Positions 37,058-50,155 of a stretch of DNA of 64,000 nucleotides are shown one piece after another (within the stretch, counting starts at the first letter, position 1; each line of letters begins with the position of its first letter). Source of the DNA: Dicyema japonicum (lineage: Eukaryota; Animalia; Dicyemida). The DNA is taken from positions 2,272,997 to 2,336,996 of the forward strand of contig RDEW01000002.1 in the NCBI GenBank assembly GCA_011109175.1, in the 5' to 3' direction. Below the pieces are notes generated by a model. The model was given only the letters and a program-made list of their open reading frames with translations, was not told the origin of the DNA and made no database searches. The translations under genes were made by a program, and so were the position numbers.

Positions 37058-37949
37058 TCAAATTGCACGTGATTAAAATTATGTTTATTCAAATTCAAAT
37101 TTTTTCGTAAATTTATTTTATGAATTTTTTAAATAAAAATTGTTAATTTTAATTAATTTAAAAAAAATTTAAATGAGACAACATTGATAAGGCTAGGTAA
37201 TTTAACAATTTCTGTACATGTTCTGTTTAAGAATTGTCAACTTTCGCTGTTAAATACGGAACACTCCGTGAGAGTCGGTAAGCAGATGATCTAGACAGCT
37301 TCCGAAAAATTGCAATCTCGAAAACATGAAGGAGTCTAACAGAGCGGATCATCTTGGGGTGGCACAAGGGACGCGAAGGATAATACTTTTTTATTGCGAA
37401 TGTTAATTCCTTAGAAAATTGAGATGGTGACGTACCTGATTGCACAGAATGTACGATTGCTTAATGGCTGATAAATAGCATTGTCTTCCTCCTCATGGGA
37501 ATGGATGAAGGAACGGAGCCAGAGGACATCGAAAACCCAATATGTTGAATCAAGGAAGTGTCAGAAACATCGAGTATTCGGATTCAAATTCATTCTGGGC
37601 TTAATTAAAGTAATTTAGACCACCAAATTGATGACAAGAGGGTAAACGACACCCAGGAAAAAGCATTGGACGAATTTGACAAATTTCGGATGTTCTACAG
37701 CAGCAAAAAAAGTGTTGCTGGAATATATGTATCTAGCGAGTTGCATATCAATCAAATTTTTCTTTGATGACGTTGTCGTAGTAATGAAATTGATTAAAGA
37801 CTGGTCCCTCAGTTTTGGGAGGGTGTCGCTGATTAAATCACTTTTAGTTTCGACGGATTTTCCGGGATATCAACATTAGTTCGACATTACAAATGATGCT
37901 GCTTCATCCGAGATACGAGACCTTGTACCTCCTTCCCGAAATTACGGCA

Positions 37950-38170
37950 AGGTATCACGCTTTTTTTAGACATAAAAAATATTTTATAAGAGACCTTGAT
38001 CAGAGATGACAAGTATTCATCAGTCAGCCTTGTTTTCTGAGAAAATTTAGTTGATTTCATAAAGGAAAACATGTCAACACATAGGTTAAACCGAACATTG
38101 CCATAATCATCTTTGAAATCTTTCTGAAGTTTGTAAACTATCCGGGAATCTATAATTAGAAGCCAGATAT
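37950..38170 (-). mobile_element. hAT transposase C-terminal (dimerisation) remnant
   Basis: LCVDMFSFMKSTKFSQKTRLTDEYLSSLIKVS resembles YLCEQ.FS.M...KS..RS.LTD.HL...LRV. Confidence 0.4.
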
Positions 38171-38554
38171 CCACATTTCGAGGTATTTTGCTTCGAGTTT
38201 AGAATCAGACTGAATTTCTAACAGTTCCATCGTAACGCACGCACCTTGTAGGACAGTATCTCTGTTCTGAATCCATTGACCTACAATAATATCGGGTAGT
38301 GGTCTGAAGCAAGGTCATACAACACTAGCCAGGACGTCTGGAGAGCGATGTTCGGAGCAAATGGAGAGATTGGGGGATGTGTTAGAATTGTCTTATTGTA
38401 CGCTATACGTGTGATGTGTTGGAGATGGTCATTTAGGACTACGAAGCTTTCAATCTCCGACGAAAACTTCTCCTCTAGTTTATACAGTTTATCATCAGAA
38501 GACCATAGAGGAATTTGTCATTAAAATACAGAACATGATTATGTTCTTCAGGAA

Positions 38555-38930
38555 CGAGATGAATATACGCGGATGACATCTTAATTCTGGATTCGTCTTT
38601 GAGGGCATACCTCTTAGAGCGGCGACTAGGAGCTTTTGTCGACAAAGTCCAGGATTGGTGTGATCGGAGAGCCCTGAGACTCTACGGAAAAATCCAGTTA
38701 CTTATGATAAGCAGGCTGGGTAGGCATCACGAAGAGCCCTACACTCTTTGCATACCGAGAATTTCATCTCTGAAATACCTGAGGATTGCTGTAGATAAGA
38801 GAGGATCATACATGAAGGACATCGAAGAGCGAAGGAAGAAGGCTGTGCAAGTACTGTTCTGCACTAGAAGCCTAAAGTTGGATGGTGATACCATGCTCTT
38901 TGTCTTTCGGATGTGATTCTTCCAAGACTT
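38555..38930 (+). mobile_element. LINE RT fragment of the 19.8-21.9 kb family
   Basis: IYADDILILDSSLRAYLLERRLGAFVDKVQDW, near-identical to 20170-20480 in reverse orientation. Confidence 0.75.
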
Positions 38931-39382
38931 ATTTACGGACACGATGAGAATTGAGGATTTTATGTTCGAACGCTAGAAGAGCCGTAGATAGGTGGAATTG
39001 GTGAAGAGTTCATGCCTCAAGTGACGTTATCTCTTTTTGTAACTCCAAATGAGGTAAAAGTGAAATCCCATGTGATATCAATACAAGCTTAAGATTTTCA
39101 AAACGAGAAAATGGCCACATAGGTGTGTCTGGTTTTATTGTTAAAATGAACTTTTGGGAATCAATTTGGAGTTAACGATTACATGGGCGCTTCTAAATAA
39201 AAGTGGTCGAAATATTATTGTGTTAAATGAGGTTTTCAAATTCAAACAACAGATGGACCACGTGGGCTGGTCTCTAAAAAGAGGTCGAAAATTATCGATT
39301 ATCATACGAATTATGTTCTAAACTTTGAAGGAATATTTATGCTAATTTTCTGTTTTAGGCCTGCTCACGCCTCAGAGACAAC

Positions 39383-42180
39383 ATGAGCAGGTCTCCATGT
39401 GAGGAGAGTATACTTGGTTGTGAGGAAAGAGAGAGGGTATACCTGAAGGCTGCTAGTAAATATATAATCGTAGATATTCGACTTAAAGTACTTAATGATT
39501 TGTTTGAGAGGCTTTTCCATAAAAAGCAGTGCATGCTGTTGAGGCTCTGATCTCCACCATCAAGGATGTTTTGAAGCCTGACGCCGTTTCTTCGGAATGG
39601 GTTAAATTTTTCCTTTTCCCGTCACTCACTCTTGGGATCAGCAGACCAACGGAAGCATCCACTTCTCTCGCAACGAATATCAAAAAGAGAGTTAGACTGT
39701 TTCTAAATGAACATAAAATGTCACTTACTGCTTTAAAATCAACTCAAATTGCACCCCGGAGTTCAAAGCGTCCGAAAACGGAGGAACTTCGCTTAATAAA
39801 GAAACTAATCAGGATGAAACTTATGGAAGGCGATATTCGTGGTGCTGTACGGCTATTAGTTTGTGATCCTGGGACACTTAAAAACACCCCTGAAACGCTC
39901 ATGTCTTTACGAGAAAAACACCCCGGATCCCCCGAAGACTTGAGAACTATAAAACCTTTCCACGAGGAACAATTGCTCGCCTCTAACGAAGATATAATCA
40001 CCTCCCTGCGTTCATTTCGTCCTAGTAGTGGAGGTGGTATTGATGGCTTGAGACCCGGTCACCTACGTGATCTCACAGCTCCAATGATGGGATCTGTCGG
40101 AAAGGATCTTTCGAATGTTATTTGCGAACTGATCAACAAAATTCTTTCTGGATGTTTGTCTCCTTTCGGTCGAGATATGTTATTTTCTGCTAATCTTGTT
40201 GCTCTCCGAAAGCCTGACGGCGGTGTCAGACCGATTGCTATTGGAAACGTGTTCAGGAGACTTGCAGCTAAAGTCGCTTGCTTTTCTGGGGTTCAAAGAT
40301 TACTTCCTATTTTCAGTCCTATACAGATGGGCGTTGGAGTTCGTGGCGGTGCAGAGGCTTGTGTCCACGCAGTGAGGAGTTTTTTCACGTCGTCGTCCGA
40401 ATGCAAAGAGGACGTTGTTGTCTGCAAAGTAGATCTTAAGAACGCATTTAATTCCATAAGGAGAGATCATTTATTGGAGTTATGCCAAAAATATTTACCA
40501 CATATTTGGGAGATTGTTCGCCTTTCATATTCTAATCCATCATCATTGGTTTTCCACGATGCCATCATTAAATCACGAACTGGTGTTCAACAAGGCGACC
40601 CACTTGGACCTCTTCTCTTTGCTTTGGGGATCCAGGGAGTAGCCGCATGCTTAAAATCACCTTTAAATTTATGGTATTTGGATGACGGAATCATTGGTGG
40701 ACATCCAGATACAGTTTTGGAGGACGTGCGTCGTTTGATATCTGAATTCGAAGCGATTGGCCTTTCTGTCAACAAGGCCAAATGTGAATTAATCAAGATC
40801 AATTTGAGTCCCGATCTGACTACTTTCTACAATGACCAGTTTAAATACACTCTCGAAAATTATGCATCGGTTCCAGTTGGGGAGTCTCTGTTCCTCGGTT
40901 CTCCTATATTCGAAAACCAAATTGTGGACGTGTTTAAAGAAAGGACAATAGAGCTCGGTACTTTTGAGACCCGTTTGCGGCATGTTGACAACCATATTGC
41001 CCTCTTCCTATTGAGACACTGCTTGTCCATTCCAAGATTAAACTATTTACTAAGGACTGCACCATGTTATAAGTGTGATTCCCTTTTAATGGAATACTCT
41101 GATTGCCTCAAAAGATGTACTGAATTCGTACTTAACGTTTCTCTTGATACCCCTGGATGGATACAGACTCAATTACCGATATCATTGGGTGGAATCGGTC
41201 TTACTACTCCCTGCCAAATTGCTGGCCCGGCGTATTTTGCCTCAAAACTTTCATGCAAAAACCAAGTGGACTCAATTCTTTCAAAGCTTCCATCTCGGAA
41301 ACTGTCCAATGACTTGGTTGAATACATGGACGTGTGGGAAGTGAAGGGCTTAGCGAGCCGCGTAATCCAGACCAACAATCGTCTTGGATGATCCATAGAT
41401 GGAATGCTCTGGCATCCAACCTAGTCAGCCGGCTCTCTGGACATCGCCTGGATTGTTTCCAAAATTCGAGGGAGGCGGTTGATGGATCTTGGCTTGGGGT
41501 TTACCCATGTCAAGAAGTTGGTGGATTGTTGGATGATGACTCACTTCGTACAGCTGTATGTCTACACCTCGGATTGCCTGTTTGCACCAAATCGAAGTGC
41601 AAATGTGGCTGTCTATCGGACGAACTGGGTCTCCACCTCCTCTCATGCCGGAGCGGAATTGGCAGATCTTCTCGACATTCGGCAATGAACGGCATCATTA
41701 AGAGGGCATTAGAATCGGCTGGATTCCGTTGCCGGATCGAACCGACTGGTCTATTTGACAACGGAAGACGCCCTGACGGCATGACCTCCTTTCCTTTTGA
41801 GCGAGGGCGAAACCTTGTATGGGATGTGACCTGTGTCTGCTCTTTCGCCCCAAGCAAAAAAAATAATTCACCGGGCAGACCTTCTTCTCAAGCAGAGGAA
41901 GTAAAAAATGCTAAATATTCGGATATCAGCGACAGGTACATTTTCGCACCTGTCGCGATTGAAACTTCGGGGAACTTTGGCCCTAAAACGCTGAAGTTCC
42001 TGAACCATTTGGAAAACTACTAACTGACAAAACTGGTGATCTTCGTGAGACGAGATGGCTCAAGGAGAGGCTCTCGTTGGCTGTTGTCCGTGGGAATAGC
42101 TTGTGCATCTCCCAACAGCTGAATTAAAATTAACTATTCTTTTTCCTTTTTCCTAATAAAATACATTATAAAAAAAAAAT
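39383..42180 (+). mobile_element. Near-complete CRE-clade non-LTR retrotransposon (RT + RLE) with poly(A) tail
   Basis: 620-codon ORF with K.DGGVRPIA.GNVFRRLAAK, DLKNAFNS, GVQQGDPLGPLLF, WYLDDG; then C.C...H.LSC, RHSAMN, RRPDG, WDVTC, K..KY; RLSLAVVRGN after a 1-nt frameshift; aataaa plus A10 at 42155-42179. Confidence 0.9.
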
Positions 42181-42846
42181 AGGAAATTTAGTAGGAGCTA
42201 GTTAGATTAAGTGAAATATAGACAGTTATCATTATTTTAATAGCTAATGCTAGTATTGGATTATCTAATCATAATAGACACATGACGCCTCTCTATTAAC
42301 AAGGGATTAATGACTAATCGTAAAGTATTCCTTTAGGTTTAACACAATTGAGTAGCTCTAACATTGATGGGTATGATTAAAATGCTAGACAATTCCTTTC
42401 AGCTTAACACATTTTGGAAGGCTAACATCGCTAGGAAAGACTGATTAAAATATCAGAGAAAAATCATCTTAAAATTAGCACATGTTAAAAGATTACATTA
42501 ATTAAATAGACAAATTTTCCTTAGTCTACCACATTTTATTGAAAACGCTGTCTCTGGTAAGATTAAGAGTCTCAATAGATTAGATGAGATTAAACATGAT
42601 TAATGAGGTTTAAAACATCAAAAGACCCAAAAGAGCAGTTAATAAACAACTATATATTCCCACATAAATTTTATTTAATACAGATATTAAAATAATTAAA
42701 ATAAAAATATTAAAATTTATATTATTTATTAAAATTCGACCGCCTTCATAATGCCAAAAACGTGTGAATTGTTTTTAAATAAATTAATTTTAACGCCACA
42801 ATCGTTACTTAAATGACACATTTACGTATTTATTACTGACATTAAG

Positions 42847-42894
42847 GTATGTCCTCGACTAAATGATCCTCCCCATAAATACTAATCCCTGTAG
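42847..42894 (+). other. 48-nt 5'-UTR intron of CTP synthase
   Basis: aag|GTATGT...TACTAAT...TAG|aATG, consensus donor and branch-like motif. Confidence 0.65.
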
Positions 42895-42895
42895 A

Positions 42896-44908
42896 ATGAA
42901 ATACGTATTTGTCACCGGAGGAGTCGTCAGTGGTCTTGGCAAGGGAGTAGCCTCGTGTTCATTGGGAGTGATCCTCCAATCCATAGGCTTTTGCGTGACA
43001 GCCATCAAAATCGACCCTTATCTCAACGTGGATGCTGGGACATTCTCCCCTTATGAGCATGGTTGAGTCAGTCTCTCATTCAAGGAGAGGTCTTTGTCCT
43101 CAATGACGGCAGTGAGGTGGATCTCGACTTGGGGAACTACGAACGCTTCCTGGGGATCTCCCTAACAGGGCAGCACAACATCACCACAGGAAAGGTGTAC
43201 AAACAGGTCATCGAAAATGAACGAGAAGGGCGATATTTGGGCAAAACTGTACAAAGTCAGTTCAGTTTCTTTATATTAGTCGTCCCCCATATTACAGATC
43301 ATATACGAAAGCTCATTGAAGAGGTCTCACATCTCCCCGTAATGGGCCGCGATGGGAAAGAGAGGGTACCCGACGTCTGTATAGTCGAGGTTGGGGTATC
43401 TCTATAAGTCCAGTTTGGTGGAACTGTGGGGGATATTGAAGGAATGCCATTCTACGAGGCAGCTCGTCAAATGATGTACCACATGGACAACGAGGATGTC
43501 TTCACTGTGCATGTCTCGCTGGTCCCCGAAGTATTGATGTGCTCTCAATCTAGCTAAACACAACGGGGGAGCAAAAAACGAAACCGACTCAGCATTCGGT
43601 CAAAAAACTGAGGGAGGTTGGACTAATTCCTGATTTGGTTGTCATCAAACTGACTCGTAGCTGATTTGTAGGTCCACCAATCCTCTGGATGAGAACATTC
43701 TCCGGAAAATCTCCTCATTTTGCTACACAAAGCCCTTCAACGTACTCATTTAGTTTACTGGAGGTTATAAACTGCCATGACGTCGACAGCATTTATCTGG
43801 TCCCTTCTTTGATGATGGAACAGAGTGTGGACAAGATCCTGATCAGTCGCCTCAATCTGTTCCCCCTCGTGCTGGCTGGGAAGATCCCCTCTTCTGAGAA
43901 CCTGGCTAAGTTCAGAGAATTCGGCAAAAAGTACCCTTTTCTGCTAAAACAAGGCATAATTCCGTCAGAGAACCCACCAGAATAGCTGTGGTAGGCAAAT
44001 ACACTAAAATGGGGGACACCTATCTCTCCCTTTACCAGGCTCTCCAACGAGCTTCCTTGCACGTGGACAGAAAGTTAATTATCGAAGTTGTTCGGTGTGT
44101 TTTACCTAGAAAATTGAATCCACGTGTCTCGAAGACCCAGCCACGCAGATTACGAGAAGAATGGAGAACTCTGAGTTCTTGCGAGTTATTTTTGTGATTT
44201 ATTGGATCTAGTGGTATTTTGGTCCCCCCTGGCTATGGGGAGAGGGGAACTGAAGGAATGATCAAGGCGGTGAGATTTGCCCGCGAAAATAATGTCCCCT
44301 TTTTTGGTTCTGGCTCGTCCTTACTGTAGGGATCTGCTTTGGAATGCAAATGGCTGTGATTGAGTTTGGGAGACACGTGTGTCACCTGGAACGTGCAAAT
44401 TCCACGGAATGTGATGAAGACACTCCTCACCCTGTGGTATCTGTTATGGCTGACTCAAGATTATCATCATGACTGAACACAACCAGGGACAAATGGGGGG
44501 CACTATGCGACTTGGGAGTCAGAAATCGGTGTTTTCGCAGGAATACCCGGACTCCATTTCAAGTCACGTGGTTATCTAAGTCGTAGAGAGGCTGTTCAAT
44601 GACGCTGAGTGCATTTTTCAACGTCACAGACATCGCTATGAGGTCAACCCCAGTTATGTGGGGACCATGACTGAGAAGGGACTCCAATTTGTAGCAAAAA
44701 CGCCGGATTCTGTAAGAATGGAAATTGCTGAGCTTCCCAAGTCCGGTCTGTCTGTTGATTTACTTTAGTTCACCCTTATTTTGTTGGGGTTCAGTTTCAC
44801 CCCGAGTTCCTGTCCTCTGTTGAACGCCCATGTCCATTTTTTGTAGGATTTGTGACTGCTTCTAGTGAGCATACTAGGAAGGGTCACGTGCTCACTAATG
44901 GTTGTTGA
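42896..44908 (+). CDS. CTPS: CTP synthase, 14 coding exons, 13 introns of 22-27 nt
   Basis: [91 protein letters not shown]. Every gap is a GT-AG microintron. Two 1-nt deletions near 44135-44160. Confidence 0.97.
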
Positions 44909-45134
44909 TTTTTTGGATTTTTTACTTAAATTGTCTTTGCGTTCATTTTTTGAAATATTCTTTGTGAACCTGAACTAGCGATTCAGACGGGAACCAATAG
45001 TCTAACAGCGCCTAGCTGGTGGACGCTAGTAAATTTCAAATCTAGCCTTTTACAGTAAGTTGGTGCCGGTCTTCGCCTTATAGGGGTTCCTGGTCAATTA
45101 TTGATATTAAATTATTTTAAAGACTCAGAATAAA

Positions 45135-45330
45135 TCCGAACTAATTCCGTGATCCTGACGTGGTCCAGTAGAACCCTCATTCAAACACAGTGATCCAGAA
45201 AACATTGTCCAGGTAGTTAAGGCCGAGGTCAGAACTCGTCGCAAGGGTGAAATAGTTTCCCAGTGGAATGAATAGATGGATCCTTTCGAGTGCCTGTCAG
45301 TCATTGGCTGTCTCCGAGTAAGGCGAATCT
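45135..45330. repeat. Dispersed ~200-bp repeat family, copy 2
   Basis: Similar to 25375-25560 and 55685-55900. Confidence 0.7.
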
Positions 45331-46554
45331 GATGACTCCCTTAAAAATAAGAAAGAATAATTTCAAACAAGTACCTACATGGCTAATTTTTAAATTCCCG
45401 ACCAATAGATTTTTTGGATAAAGAACATCCTAAAACTCACTAATTTTAAGTAGAACACCATAAAAACCAATTTTCAGCATAATTGATAGATTTTTAGGGA
45501 TTTTCTGAAATCATTAAAAATTATTGTTTTATAGAGGGTAAATTGAAAACCCAATCTTCATTCCTGATTACTCGTATACACGTGTTGAAAAGTTGACTAA
45601 AACAGTAAACCTCTACCTTGATCACCAGAATCCAATTGAGCGAACTGAGCCCTATTCACCTCGGAGTTGGAATTCCTTACGGATGTGAATCGACAATTCA
45701 TTCAGTCCAAAATTTCATTGCCAGTCCGTCTGACACTCAGGATGTAATAAATAGTTAAAACTGGATATCCGCGATGCTTTCAATAGCATTCGCAGAAATG
45801 GAATCAAAGAGGCAAGTGATTCCAGTATCCCGGAAATTAGCAGGATGATAAAACTCACACACCCTCTAATCCAAGACTGGAGTCCAACAGGGCGACTTGC
45901 CAATAAATATGAGAAAGTACCAGAAGCATTGCGATAGCAACTAATTAAAGTACCGCGAATGCACTTTAAATCTTTATTTCCGTTGGAAGTAGAGGAAAAA
46001 AAGAGGTTTAAAAAAACGTCGACACATAAAGATCGTTTTTGCTGACAATTTTTCCAAGAGATAAACATTGCGATTTCTGTGTGTAGGAATAAACTCTGGT
46101 TGTGCCTCAAGAGTATTTAAGAATTCAGACCCGGGGGTAGTAAATTCGTTATCATTATTGTACAAACGAGTGGGTGCATTTCCTTACAGATCGTCGGGGT
46201 GGGGGGAGTGGGAGAAATGAGTTCTCAAATCTGGGAGCAACCAGCGGTGGTTAACTGTTTGTGTTAAAATTATCAGAATTATCAAAATTAGTAGTCCAAA
46301 GTACAAACTTTGCAGGTAACAGGGCATATTTGCTTCAGGTTTTCATCACAGTTTGATCTGACGTATAAGCAAATTGAGGCCCAATTTCTACACTCTGAAA
46401 TAATTAAATGTCATTTACCGCCACATAAGTTACAGGTTTGCATACACAAAAGGTTTCTCTGTGTCGATTCAATTCCACAGTTTATATTTTTACAGTATTT
46501 TGGTCCTAAAAGATCATAGCAATCTATAAACAGTACAACATTTACTGTCAACGA

Positions 46555-47480
46555 TTAGGATCAATCCAATAATGAACGAAACAAACATGTATTTATTTTT
46601 TGAAGGTGAAATTTTAATTAAAAAATAAATTAATTAATTTTAAAAAATCTATCTTACATATAATTTCAAATTTCCTACAGGAAAAATTAATTCACACTCT
46701 TTTTTCTACAACCCTTCTCGACACTTTTCTTTTTTGCTGTAGAACTTCCATTTCACGCCTATTTGTCACAGCAGATTCTCCGTGTTTTATGAACATGGAA
46801 CTTTTGAAGATCTTCGAAAGACGGTAAGGTGGAATATGTTGCTGAGCAAAGGAAATCAGTATTGCGAAAAGAATGATTAGAAAATAAGGTAAAGCGACTA
46901 GGGAGATAAAAAAACAGATAATACTGGCTGGAAATGGGAAATCCTGATTTTTGGATATTATTTTCGAAAATAATTAAATCTGAAAGATAGGTAAGGAGAT
47001 GTGTCTCAAGTCTTGAGGTGGTATCCTAATTTTAAATAAAAAGTGACAGAAGCATTGAGAGAGCAAATTGCTTTAGCAATAAGAAGTAGAGATAAATTTA
47101 AATTTCAGTTGAAAGAAAGAAAAACGTGAGAAATTGTAAAAGAAAATTGTCGAAAATTATAGACGAATTAGCTGTATCTGTTCTATGAGAAAAATTAAGG
47201 AAAAGTCTGTTTTTAATCGATTATCGGATGCTAATGAAGAAAACTGCTTTCTGATCATCAATGGAGACTCCATTGGGACCGTAACACTGAAGATCTTGAG
47301 AGAACTGTGGACGGCGATTCATAATTCAAAAAGTTAAAAAATACCTTATTAATGTTTGTTCTGAAGCACTTTGAGAATATTATGATTTCAGACTGAACGC
47401 CTCCAAGAAATTGTATTTGGGACACTCTCTGTATTTGGGACCATTATCTTTTGGGGAGGGGTTGAACTGTATTAGTAATT
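46555..47480 (+). mobile_element. Degraded CR1/L2/Jockey-like LINE (5' region shared with 55048-55360, then RT start)
   Basis: 46555-46870 is similar to 55048-55360; NYRRISCI.S.RK..EKSVFNRL...DHQ at ~47155-47270. Confidence 0.55.
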
Positions 47481-47507
47481 ATTATTATTTAAGCCAAAGG
47501 AACACAG

Positions 47508-48950
47508 TATTATTATTATTATTATTATAAGCACTTATCGCTATGTCATAGGACTTGACAAAGCATGTGCAACACGAGTTAGCAAATCACTGGTTAGTTT
47601 CATCCACTTCCTCCTATTCAAAGCCGCAGTGCGCAACCAGTCAAGATCCTCTCCACTTCCAAGATGCCGTCCCATTTCTTTGAGGTCCTCGTCGAGAACG
47701 ACTGCCAGTGTCGTCCTTGGGCGACCACGGAAACGGGGGGCCTCCAACATGAAGTAATCCTCCATGGCTACGTTCGCGGGGGCATCTAGGTCCAGTCGCA
47801 GAATATGGCCGAAAAGCCTCCATCGTGTATCCAGAATCTCATTAGAAATTTCTGAGGTCTTCGTCCTCTTATAAAGAAAGATTAAATGACATCCTCGTAT
47901 CACTTCTTTCGAACATCATATGCCGTAGTTGGTCTCTATGAAACGCATTAAGCCTCTTCAGTTCATTTCTTGAGCAGGCCCAGGTACCAGCGTTATTTAG
48001 TAGTATGGATTTCACTAGCGAGTTGTATAATCGAGTTTTTGTTATAATGTCAAGGCCCTTTTTGTGGAGCCAGTGTTCTTTAATCTGGAGAGGGCAGTTT
48101 GTGCTAGGGTTTTCCTTCTCGTAATTTCTTCATGGTCTCCTAGGAGGGAGCCAAGCTTTTTGCATTTGCGCCAGTACTCCTCCGTCCTTGTTTCTTCCCT
48201 CTTGAGTTCAGTTACCTCAGTCTTGTCCGGATTTACTGTTAGGAACCATTCGGCTAGTCTTCCAGCACTTCTTCCATCAAGCGGGTGAGCGGTATTTTGT
48301 CATTTGAAATAAAGTCTACGTCGTCAGCATACGCAATAATGTTTGTCTTTTCACCCATTATCGGTTTTGACTCCCGTAAAGCAGCTTCAAGGTATATGAC
48401 AAAAAGTATAGGTGATAATGGGTCTCCCTGTGGAGTGCCAACAGTCGTCTCAAATCGGCGAGACAAGGCTCCCCCGACTCTTACAGTGAGCCAAGTATCA
48501 GCTAGGAGGGTGGTGGCCATTCTGACAGTGGAAGCGTCTAGGAAACTTTCCAAAACCAGTATTAGCCTCCGTCTGTCGACAGAGTCGAAGGCCCTCGAAA
48601 TGTCGATTCCGAGGATGGTTGTAGACATTTTGAACTTTTGAACGGCCGCAGATCTCCACTTGTGGGACCACAAAACATCGGAAGTAGATCTTCCTTTTCG
48701 GAATCCGCTGTGGTATGGCGACAGAAAAGTATCTAGGCGTCCTTCCATCCTTTGTAATGTTATGTTCGCCAGAATTTTCCGAAGTGAATTCATTAATATG
48801 ACCGGACGGAGGTTCTCCACCTTAGATCTTGGTTTATTCGCCTTCTGTACAGGTATCAAGATACCCTCTCCCAGGGTCAGCGTGTCACCATAATAGTACA
48901 TTTCATTCAGGATCCTAGCGATGCATTTCAACACAGTAATGTTGAAAAAT
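47508..48950 (-). mobile_element. 5'-truncated RTE-clade LINE with (TAA)n tail
   Basis: 226-aa RT ORF (NLRPVIL, GFRKGRST, GIDISRAFDSV, GTPQGDPLSP, YADD); C-terminus RWRLFGHILR...RGRPRTT; (TAA)n tail at 47508-47529. Confidence 0.9.
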
Positions 48951-50155
48951 TATACCTGACTGTGAGCAAAGCTAATAATTTTATTTTAATCTAACTAAAA
49001 AATAATAATAAAATTTAAATATTTAAATAAATTATTAAAATTTACACGTTTGGCAAGTTGTTGCAGTCACAGTTCTAAATATATTTTATTATTTAGAGAT
49101 TCTACTGCATACATTAATTATGGCATTACCATGTAATGCCAAACAGTATTCATTTACAAAAACCGTTTTCTTGGTGAAACTAGAAAGTTGCCTCTCTATA
49201 GAATGTGACCAAACTTTTTAACTAGAAATGATTTTCTAGCATATGTGGGTCTAACCATTGATGTTCCGACAGTGAATATCTTCTCCCTTCGGATGTCTGC
49301 TGAGTCTATTAGGAAGGGGGTTCATTATATCCACTTATGAAAAGATTAAGTGTACTAGACATATGCCGTTTACTTGAAGAACCTGAATCTACATTTGTTG
49401 ATTTTATTTAATCTATTTTCGATCAGCTTAATAAAGTTTTATAACCCACGTGGCTCAACCTGAACATGCAAGTAATTCTAGCGGGTTTATTTCTACCATC
49501 AGAACTGCTCTTCTCTCCTGTCTTTACTTGTCGAAGCATTCCGTGCTGATCTATGCTTTCTTCAAATCATAAGGTGTGCCTGTGATTCATTTACCAGTAT
49601 CAAGGAAGCTCAATACTTGACAGGCATAAAAAACTCTCTCGTCTATGCACCATTGGAGTATCCTCCACCATGTGGGATATGAATCCACCTGTTCTTGAAA
49701 GACAGATCTTACTCTGTTTGTGGGAACCGGCTTGAGTCAGAACAGGAAAAAGGATGATAAAATCCAAAATTTATGATATCAATTTTGCATGTTTTTATCG
49801 TTAAACAGAAGCTATCCAGTTTGGACATTGTTCGGTTCGCCACCCATAATCAAATCCTCCACATATCAAAGGCATAGAGTGATTGTCCATAACAGCTTAT
49901 TTGTAGAACAATCTTTTAGTTAAAAGAGAAGCAGATCACCTCTTCTATTGTCCCACCCGCATTTTGTGACATACCCCCACGGGATCAACCTTTTGATCTC
50001 TGTGAACACCCGTCACTGATAGTAACGCTTTGTTAGCCTCCGCCTTCTTTCACATGAAGGGACCTGGGTTAAATAAATAAGGAAGGGAAGACACAAAATG
50101 TGATATTTTATTAAATTCGAGATAAATTATTAATTATTTTTAAATTACAAAAATA

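Noticed and set aside
39492-41857. Minus-strand ORFs over the CRE element, and similar antisense ORFs over CTPS, RPA2 and LINEs
   Set aside because: Shadows of real coding sequence on the other strand, with no recognisable motifs.
49121-49141. Perfect 9-bp hairpin as a Helitron 3' end or terminator
   Set aside because: No downstream CTRR, no matching 5' end and no second copy seen.
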